A DNA stretch of 64,000 nt from Planctomycetota bacterium (GTDB lineage Bacteria > Planctomycetota > SZUA-567 > H5-PLA8), in contig BTVV01000023.1 of NCBI GenBank assembly GCA_045863855.1, forward strand, positions 1-64,000, written 5' to 3'. How positions within the stretch are numbered: position 1 is the first letter of the stretch; every line of letters starts with the position of its first letter. Below the pieces are notes generated by a model. That model worked only from the letters and a program-made list of their open reading frames with translations, was not told the origin of the DNA and did no database searches. The position numbers and the translations under genes are program-made. Below are positions 57,076 through 64,000 of the stretch, piece after piece.

Positions 57076-58398
57076 TTACTTCGATCCCTCTTGCTTCAAT
57101 ATCCACTCCGCCGCCGCACGCAGATCGGCGGCGACGAAGGCCGCGGCGCCCGGCGCCAACTCGGCTTCCACCCGCGCGCCGTGGCCGGTACGCACCAGAA
57201 TACTCTGCCCGCCGGCGCGGCGGCCGGCCTCCAGATCGGTCGCGCTGTCACCGATCATCCAGCAGCCCTGTAATTCCAGATGCAAATCGTGCGCGGCGCG
57301 CTCCAGCAGTCCCGTGTCCGGCTTCACGTCCCGGTGCGAGCCGCGAAACTCCGGCAGCACCGCGTGATCTCCGGCATGGTACGAGGCGTACACGCCGTCC
57401 AGCTCCACCCCGGCCGCTTCCTTTAACAGGCGCGCCATTTTGTCGTGCACGGCATTCACCGTCTCGGCCGTCACGTAGCCTTGCCCCACGCACGACTGGC
57501 TGGTGACGACGACCAGCGCGTAACCCGCCGCTTGCAGGTCGCGCAGCGCTTCCGCCGCGCCGGGCAGCAACTCGAACGGTTCCGGCCCCCAGCGGTACGA
57601 AGGCTGCGGATTGATCGTGCCGTCGCGGTCCAGGAAAACCGCGCGCCGCCGCGGCGCGGAGGCGCTCTGCACGGCCTGCTCGATCGCCTCGACGCCGTTC
57701 GCGCCGACCTCGTACAGCCGCCAGCGATGCGGGAACTCGCAGAAGGCCGGCGCGGCGGCGTAGGTGACTCCGCTTTGCGTATCGGGCACGGTCCCGGCGT
57801 GCAGGTGTCCGCTGAGCACCAGCTTGACGCGCGCGCTGGCTTCGATGGCCGCGCGAAGCGAGGCGCTTTCGCGATACGTGTGCGGGTATCCGGCGTTTCG
57901 CTCGGGGTGAACCAGGTAATGCTGGACGTGAATCTGCGGCGCGGGGTCGCCGTCGCGCAGCGCTTCCAGAAAGCGCTCGCGCTGCGCACCCAGGCGCCGC
58001 GGGAAATGCCCGTCGCCTTCGTCGTCGTGAAAGCAGAGCACGCGGTGCCCGGCGCACGCAAAATCGGAGGAGAGCGTGCCGTAGACGCGGCGCTGGACTT
58101 CCGCGTGATCGTGGTTGCCGTGCACGACGGCCTTGGGACAGAGTATCGCTTCGAGCTTCTGCGCGATCAGGCGCAGATCGCGTTCGGCCAGCGCTTGCAT
58201 CTCCGGGTCGTGCATCGCGTAGGGCGGATAGTCGAGCAGATCGCCGCTCAGCACCAGCAGATCGGGGCGCGCGTCCTGGATGGCTTTCGCCGCCCGCTCC
58301 AGGAACTCCGGCATCCGGCGGCTGCGCCGCGCGGGCACTTGCGCCGTACCCGGCACGTGATGCCGCAGATGAAGATCGGTCAGGTGAGCGATACGCAA
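57076..58398 (-). CDS. Fusion of calcineurin-like metallophosphoesterase and HAD IIIA phosphatase (GmhB-like)
   Basis: N-half DLH, SGD, GNHD, SGHLH; C-half FLDRDGTIN, VTSQS, KPDTG and MIGDSATDLEAG. TTG start. Confidence 0.85.
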   Translation of the reverse strand: MRIAHLTDLHLRHHVPGTAQVPARRSRRMPEFLERAAKAIQDARPDLLVLSGDLLDYPPYAMHDPEMQALAERDLRLIAQKLEAILCPKAVVHGNHDHAEVQRRVYGTLSSDFACAGHRVLCFHDDEGDGHFPRRLGAQRERFLEALRDGDPAPQIHVQHYLVHPERNAGYPHTYRESASLRAAIEASARVKLVLSGHLHAGTVPDTQSGVTYAAAPAFCEFPHRWRLYEVGANGVEAIEQAVQSASAPRRRAVFLDRDGTINPQPSYRWGPEPFELLPGAAEALRDLQAAGYALVVVTSQSCVGQGYVTAETVNAVHDKMARLLKEAAGVELDGVYASYHAGDHAVLPEFRGSHRDVKPDTGLLERAAHDLHLELQGCWMIGDSATDLEAGRRAGGQSILVRTGHGARVEAELAPGAAAFVAADLRAAAEWILKQEGSK

Positions 58399-58460
58399 CG
58401 CGGCGGTCCTCCCGAGTCTGGAGGCCTCATCCTACGCCCGCGCTCTCCACTCGCCACCGC

Positions 58461-58811
58461 CTACACCAGCACCTCCACCATGCCTTCGACGACGCGCGTC
58501 GGAAACGTCTTGAGCCGTTCGCGGATCGGCGTGACCGCGCGGCCGGACGACAGATCGAACTCCCAGCGATGCCACGGGCAGCGCAGCGTCGCGGCCTGCG
58601 CGTCGTATCCGACGCGGCCCCGCTCGTCGCAGGTGACTCGCCCGGTCACGTCTCCGCGGCAGACGGGCGCGCCCGCGTGCGGGCAGAAGTTCAGCACCGC
58701 GTGGTATTCGCCGCCTCGGCGCAGCAGCCCGATGGGTTTGCGCTCCACCGTGACCATCGTCCAGGCGTTTTCGGCAAGTTCCTCGTGGCGAACGACGCGA
58801 TGCCAGTTCAT
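58461..58811 (-). CDS. Rieske [2Fe-2S] ferredoxin
   Basis: CPHAG and CPWH..EFD motifs. Confidence 0.92.
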   Translation of the reverse strand: MNWHRVVRHEELAENAWTMVTVERKPIGLLRRGGEYHAVLNFCPHAGAPVCRGDVTGRVTCDERGRVGYDAQAATLRCPWHRWEFDLSSGRAVTPIRERLKTFPTRVVEGMVEVLV

Positions 58812-58831
58812 GCCGGTTCCCCTTTCGAAAT

Positions 58832-59911
58832 TCAAGCCTGCGCGGCCAGCGCTTCCGGCCGGCACGTCGGCGCGAACGCGCCTTGCGGCCAGCGGAAGAA
58901 GCCCGCGGCATTATCGTGCAGGATGCGGCGCAGCGAAGACTCGCCCAGACTCTTGGGCAGGACGCTGGGCGGATCGAAATCCCAGTGCGGGAAGTCGGTG
59001 GCGAACATCAGCATCTCGTCGCCGCCAAGCATGTCGATCAACTGCGGCAGGTGCGCGGCCTTCTGCGGCTCTTCGATGGGCTGCGTGCCGAACTTGACGT
59101 GGTCGCGCAGGTACGCGCTGGGCAGGCGCTTCAAGCGCGGCGCCTGCTGGCGCAAGCCCTTGTATTCCTTGTCCATGCGCCACATCAGATGCGGCGCCCA
59201 GCCGAAGCCGCCCTCCACCAGCGCGAATTTTAACGCCGGAAAGAGCTCGAAGACGCCCTCGAAGATCAGGCTCACCGTGTTGGCCATGTAGTACTGCGGC
59301 AAACAGGTGTGCATCTCCAGGTACGTCGTCGCCATGCCGGCGGGCGTAGTGCTGTGATTTAAGACCGCCGTGGTGGTGGACGGATGCACGTGGATGGGCA
59401 GCCCCTTGCGCACGCAGGCTTCGTAGATCGGCCAGAAGTAGCGCTGCCCATACGGAATGCGGTTGCTCGCACCCCAGAACAGGACGCAAACGACGCGCGG
59501 GTGGTCGCCCAGGCGTTCGATCTCCTGCACGGCCAGCAAAGGATCCTGCATCGGAACGGCCAATCCCATGACGAAGCGGTCGTCCTGCGGCAGCCAATAC
59601 TTGATCACCGCATCGTTGTAGGCGCGGCATACGGCGGCGGCGTACTCGGGATCGTTCGTCGCGGCCGCGAAGCCGTAGGTGCCAGTCAGGATCGCGTAGC
59701 GGTGGCCGTAGACGTCGAGCAACTGCTCCTTTACCGACTGCGGCGTGCGCGCATCGGCGTCGAGCCGGCTGCCGCCCTCGCCTCGCAAGCCGCTGTACGT
59801 GTGGCGCAACCCTTTCCAGCGCGCCACCTCGCTGCGGTACGGCTCGTCCAGAAACTCCAGCCATTGGTCCAGCGACGGGGGATGGTTGTGTACGTCGCAG
59901 TCGATCAGCAT
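58832..59911 (-). CDS. Amidohydrolase 2 family protein
   Basis: IDCDVH, HVHP, EGGFGW, TQPIEEP and FATDFPHWD. Confidence 0.92.
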   Translation of the reverse strand: MLIDCDVHNHPPSLDQWLEFLDEPYRSEVARWKGLRHTYSGLRGEGGSRLDADARTPQSVKEQLLDVYGHRYAILTGTYGFAAATNDPEYAAAVCRAYNDAVIKYWLPQDDRFVMGLAVPMQDPLLAVQEIERLGDHPRVVCVLFWGASNRIPYGQRYFWPIYEACVRKGLPIHVHPSTTTAVLNHSTTPAGMATTYLEMHTCLPQYYMANTVSLIFEGVFELFPALKFALVEGGFGWAPHLMWRMDKEYKGLRQQAPRLKRLPSAYLRDHVKFGTQPIEEPQKAAHLPQLIDMLGGDEMLMFATDFPHWDFDPPSVLPKSLGESSLRRILHDNAAGFFRWPQGAFAPTCRPEALAAQA

Positions 59912-60044
59912 CGCGCATTCCTCGGGGTTCGCTCGTCCGCGTATGCCGAACTCTACCTTGCAGCGGAATCGCGAACTTGGCGGCGCTTGATCGTGCTTTT
60001 GCCGAAAATTGATCTGAGCCCGGGCTATCTTCGAGCGGAAGAGC

Positions 60045-60917
60045 TTAAGCCTCGAGGTCGGCGACGCCGGCGCGGTACTGCGAGGGGGTGGAGCCGGCCC
60101 ATTGCCGGAAAACGCGGCTGAAGTGGGCCGAAGACGCGAAACCGCAGCGCAGGGCGATCTCGGTCAAGCTTGCCGAACGGTCCTCGCGCAGCATGGTCTG
60201 CGCCAAGGCGACGCGCATGCGCAACACCCAGCGATGAAACGGAACGCCGTACTCGACCCTAAACGCGCGCGTGAGGTGCTCGGGCGAAACGTGGAATTTG
60301 CCCGCGACCTCGGTGAGCCGCAGCGGCTGGTCGAGCCGCCCCGCGGCGTAACCGGCGGCCAGCGAGGTGAGCCGCGCGGCGCTTTCGTCGCTGCGCGGCT
60401 CTTGAACCCCGGCGGTCTGCCGGCGCAGCAAGACGACGATCTGGGTCAGCAGCGCACGCGTTAGCGGCTCCCACTCCGTCCCGCGCACGAGCGCTTCGAA
60501 CTGGAGCGCGCCGCAGTATTCGTCGAGCTTCCCGTACGCTTCTTTCGTCAGGCAGGCCGTCAGAGGCGGCCCGCCGCCGATCCAAGTCAGATCGAGTTCG
60601 CGCAGCTTGCCGGGGTCCAGGCAGAGCACCGTGCGACGGTACGGCTGCGGGCGGTCGAGCGTCAGACGGTGGGGCCGGCGCGCATCGAAGAGCACGACGC
60701 AACGCGGCGAGACCGGGATCGGACGGCCGGAGATCCAGAGCGTCCCCCGGCCTTCGTGCGTGAAGTTCAATTCCAGGCCGGGCTGCGTATGGAAGCTCGT
60801 ACCGGGCATCGGCTGCCGAAGCGTGAGGTACCAACCGCGTTCGGCGAGCCGATCGGCGATGGGCGCGTTAAACCTGGGCTGAAGGTTCGGCCGCACGGCG
60901 CGGGGAGTCCTGGGCAT
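60045..60917 (-). CDS. AraC family transcriptional regulator
   Basis: Cupin N-terminus; SLTEIALRCGFASSAHFSRVFRQWAGSTPSQYR. Confidence 0.9.
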   Translation of the reverse strand: MPRTPRAVRPNLQPRFNAPIADRLAERGWYLTLRQPMPGTSFHTQPGLELNFTHEGRGTLWISGRPIPVSPRCVVLFDARRPHRLTLDRPQPYRRTVLCLDPGKLRELDLTWIGGGPPLTACLTKEAYGKLDEYCGALQFEALVRGTEWEPLTRALLTQIVVLLRRQTAGVQEPRSDESAARLTSLAAGYAAGRLDQPLRLTEVAGKFHVSPEHLTRAFRVEYGVPFHRWVLRMRVALAQTMLREDRSASLTEIALRCGFASSAHFSRVFRQWAGSTPSQYRAGVADLEA

Positions 60918-61019
60918 GCGACGCTTATAGCATGCCGCCGCCAAAATGGGATTGGCCGGCCGCTGCGAGGTTTCTTAGAGTGGAAAAACTGTCGAAACGG
61001 TACGCCGCGAGGACTCGGC

Positions 61020-61994
61020 ATGAAGAAGTCCGACCACAAATCCAGAGCATTCTGGGCTGCGCTGATTCGGAGCCGCGAAACCGAACTGGCGAAGCTCTTG
61101 AGAGCCGGGTATCCGCCGGATGCGCCGTTTCCCGTAAATAAAAATAGCGCCTCGCACGGACTCCTTATTCCGCTGCGCGCCGCCGCGAGCATGAACCATT
61201 GCGCGGCCGCCGAACTCCTGCTGCGCCACGGCGCGGACGTGGAAGGGGGACAGCGCTACCTGACGCCCCTGCTTGCCGCAACTGCGGCTGGGCACACCCG
61301 GATGGCCGCCCTTCTGCGCAAGCACGGCGCTCGTTCCAACTTCTTCGTTACCGCCGCATCCGGCACGTCCAAAGCCCTCGCCACGGCGCTCAAGACGAAC
61401 CCCGCACACGCAACCTTGCGCGACGAGGCGAACTCGACGCCGCTGCATTACGCGGCGTGCGCGTTGCGTGCGGATCACGTCAAGCTGCTGCTCAAGCACG
61501 GCGCCGACGTGAACGCCGCCGACGCGCAAGACCGCACGCCCTTGATGTGCGCCAGCGACCTGCGCTTCGCGTCCGGCCCCGCGTACGCGGCCACGATCCG
61601 CCTGCTGCTCGAACACGGCGCGAACGCGAACGCGCGGGATAGGCTTGGCGTTACCGCTTTGCACCGCGCCGTCCGGGCGCGGCAGCCAGCGGCCGTCAAG
61701 CTGCTGCTCGAACACGGCGCCGCGGTGGACGCCGAGGACAAGGGGCGCGGCTCCACGCCGCTGCGCCGAGCGGTCACCAACACCGGCGCCGGCGGCACCG
61801 CGGGCAAGCAAAACGCGGCACTGGAGATTGCGCGGCTGCTCCTGAAGCACGGCGCAGACCCTCTGCGCAAGGACGCGCGGGGGCGCACGGTCGTCCAGTC
61901 GGCGCGCGGTCGGGAGATGGTGGCGTTGCTGGAAGAAGCCGCTGCGAACGGAGCGAACCGGCACGGTTCCAAGAAAAAAGCCGCTAAGGCTTGA
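61020..61994 (+). CDS. Ankyrin repeat protein
   Basis: Repeated TPLH/TALH...LLLKHGADVN units. Confidence 0.9.
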   Translation: MKKSDHKSRAFWAALIRSRETELAKLLRAGYPPDAPFPVNKNSASHGLLIPLRAAASMNHCAAAELLLRHGADVEGGQRYLTPLLAATAAGHTRMAALLRKHGARSNFFVTAASGTSKALATALKTNPAHATLRDEANSTPLHYAACALRADHVKLLLKHGADVNAADAQDRTPLMCASDLRFASGPAYAATIRLLLEHGANANARDRLGVTALHRAVRARQPAAVKLLLEHGAAVDAEDKGRGSTPLRRAVTNTGAGGTAGKQNAALEIARLLLKHGADPLRKDARGRTVVQSARGREMVALLEEAAANGANRHGSKKKAAKA

Positions 61995-63729
61995 CCTCAA
62001 GCACCCACTGCGCGAGCGGAATTTCCTGTCGATTGGGCAGCACCGCGACCAAGGCTAGGTCGTAGCGGCCCAGATAAGCCGCGCTGGGCAGCCAGGTCAC
62101 CGAACCGGTCGCGGCATCGACCTGCACCCCTTTGGGGCCCGCGGCCAGCTTGAAAACGATGGCCATACCGGCCGGCTCGTTCTCGAATCGCGGGTCGAAG
62201 CGATAGGGCGCATTCACGTTCGCCCGGGTGGGCGGCGAGTTCTTCAACGTCAGGAAGGGATCGGCCGGTTCGTCCTGGAGCCCATCGGGCAACCCGCACG
62301 GAATGGCCAGCACCTTCTGTTCGGCTTCGCCGCGGTGCGGTTCGAAGAAAAGCACACGTTCGCCTTCCGGCACGAAGACGATCCCGCCCATGCCCGCGCA
62401 GCGCAGAAACTGCGTCGGGTGGACGTACGCTTTCTCTGGCTGGACGATACGGACGATGCGTCCGGTCGAGCGGCTTACGTACAGAATCTGGATCGCGTCG
62501 CGCTTCTTCTCGTCCGGATCGGGGCGCCAGGCGATCACTAGCCCGCGCTCGGGCCATTCGGCGAACGCCGCACCGGGCAACGTCTGCGCCAGGCGCTGGA
62601 GATCGGGCGTCAGCAGATACGTGATCAACTCATGCGGCTCGGCATGGCGGGTGGTGGGCAGCGCAAGGTGCCGGCCGCGGGCGAGCGCGAAAATGCGGCC
62701 GGTGTCGCGGTGCCAGTTCGCTCGCGGACCCAAAGCGGGGGCTTCCTCAAGCCGCAGGTTGCGCCCGGTTTCGTCGCGCACATCCGGCGCGCCGCACGGA
62801 CTGCCGCGAAAGCTCGATTGGGTCAGGATGCGGAGCGGATCGGTCAACCAGACGGCGTTTTCGGACGCGGCGCGCATCTTGCGCTCGTACGTGCCGTCGC
62901 CGCGCAAGTGGTACAGGTAATCGGCGTCATGCGTTTCGTGATGCAGGCGCAGCATGAGTTCGCCGCCGGGCGTGCGCCCGAAGACGCGCACCGGCACGAG
63001 CGGCTCGCCGTCTTGCTTGAAGGTGACGGAGCGCTTCAGTTCCTGCGCCGCCGGATCGGCAAAAACGAGCACCTTCGATTCGCCGCAACAGACGGCCACC
63101 TCCGCGCCTTCGCACCACAGATGGTCCGGGAAACGCGGCGTGACGATCTCTCCGGCCGGCGCCAGCGTCGCGGCGTCGAAAAGTCGCACGCGCGCCTGGC
63201 CTTCGTGCCGCGCAAAGACCTGCTTGCCGTTCGCCGCGACCGCCAGTTGCCTCAAGCCGGCGCCCAAATCCGCCGGACGCGGCGCGCAACGGACCTCGAC
63301 GTAGCGCAAGCCCTGGGCATCGTGCTTGGCCTCGGCTTCGTGCCGTGGCGGGGCGGGCGGCGGCTCGAAGGCCGGCGGCCGTTCGGGCGTGGACGGCTGT
63401 TCTTCGGCGCTGGGTGCGGCGGGCGCGGGGCGCGCGGGCTCCGGCGTGCGCGCCGCTTCTTCGGATAACCGTTGCTCCGCCGCCAGCGCCAACTCTTCGC
63501 GCCGGACCTGCTCTTCCAGCATCTGCGCCTGTTCTTCGACTTCGCGCGCGTACTGCTCCATCAATCGGCCCTGCTCGATGGACGACGTGTAGGCGAACCA
63601 CCCCGGAAGCACGACGCCGATCAGGAACATCGCGAATAGCAACAGCCAGACCTTGGCTCCGGCTTTGCGCGGCGCGTCGGCTTCGGGTGCGTCAGGCTCG
63701 AAAGGCACGGGGCGATATCCGCGAAACAA
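61984..63729 (-). CDS. Membrane-anchored protein with beta-propeller-like region and C-terminal putative Ig domain
   Basis: TM helix, coiled coil, Pro-rich linker, beta-rich body, and C-terminal GPKGVQVDAATGSVTWLP. Start uncertain. Confidence 0.65.
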   Translation of the reverse strand: MFRGYRPVPFEPDAPEADAPRKAGAKVWLLLFAMFLIGVVLPGWFAYTSSIEQGRLMEQYAREVEEQAQMLEEQVRREELALAAEQRLSEEAARTPEPARPAPAAPSAEEQPSTPERPPAFEPPPAPPRHEAEAKHDAQGLRYVEVRCAPRPADLGAGLRQLAVAANGKQVFARHEGQARVRLFDAATLAPAGEIVTPRFPDHLWCEGAEVAVCCGESKVLVFADPAAQELKRSVTFKQDGEPLVPVRVFGRTPGGELMLRLHHETHDADYLYHLRGDGTYERKMRAASENAVWLTDPLRILTQSSFRGSPCGAPDVRDETGRNLRLEEAPALGPRANWHRDTGRIFALARGRHLALPTTRHAEPHELITYLLTPDLQRLAQTLPGAAFAEWPERGLVIAWRPDPDEKKRDAIQILYVSRSTGRIVRIVQPEKAYVHPTQFLRCAGMGGIVFVPEGERVLFFEPHRGEAEQKVLAIPCGLPDGLQDEPADPFLTLKNSPPTRANVNAPYRFDPRFENEPAGMAIVFKLAAGPKGVQVDAATGSVTWLPSAAYLGRYDLALVAVLPNRQEIPLAQWVLEVKP

Positions 63730-63836
63730 GTCGGTGCGCTAGGGGCCGTTTCCGCCTACTTGAAGGCGGGAATCGGGATCGAGACCGGCGTAATCTGAGA
63801 AGGTCCGGACGAACCGTCCGGACAGCCGGAAGGCCC

Positions 63837-64000
63837 TCACGTGAATCCACTGAGGGTGCGCGGCACAAGTTTGGGCTCGGTCGCCGCAACCGTGCCTTCC
63901 GTGCGCAGGATATGCTTCTCGGGGGATTCGATCATGCGGCCGGCTTCGTCGCGATAGCGGTAGGTCCTGGCCCCACGGTCGTGATAAATCCATTCGCAGG
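63837..64000 (-). CDS. Possible 3' end of a gene entering from the right edge
   Basis: Open frame CEWIYHDRGARTYRYRDEAGRMIESPEK...SGFT* with TGA at 63837-63839, followed by hairpin gtccggacg-aac-cgtccggac. Confidence 0.4.
   Translation of the reverse strand, partial: CEWIYHDRGARTYRYRDEAGRMIESPEKHILRTEGTVAATEPKLVPRTLSGFT

Noticed and set aside
1..64000. tRNA, rRNA, transposase, integrase or prophage genes
   Set aside because: None recognised by eye; short RNA genes could be missed without a covariance search.

Overview
GC-rich bacterial chromosome segment; gene content suggests a Planctomycetota/PVC organism (inference). It is mostly a patchwork of housekeeping genes (proS, gatC, alr, tyrS, dgt, lipA), regulators, and secreted or envelope proteins. 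No rRNA, tRNA, CRISPR array, transposase or integrase was recognised. The main result is an apparently intact retron: a structured ~180-nt msr/msd-like element (47470-47646; terminal inverted repeats, two short hairpins, one ~20-bp hairpin) 30 nt upstream of a 428-aa reverse transcriptase with retron motifs NAxxH and VTG, a YSDD active site and an N-terminal extension. No recognisable effector gene lies next to it. Other notable items: a ferritin-like diiron enzyme / fatty acyl-AMP ligase / ACP cassette (23323-26184); a solitary 60-bp attC-like site after a VOC gene (44611-44670); a 95-96-bp palindromic tandem repeat at the left edge; a 1919-aa coiled-coil protein with (QQSG)n arrays; a low-GC RseP-like pseudo-protease; and a metallophosphoesterase-HAD fusion. 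All calls come from reading motifs by eye. No database searches were run, and several start codons were adjusted from the ORF track using RBS and protein-level plausibility.
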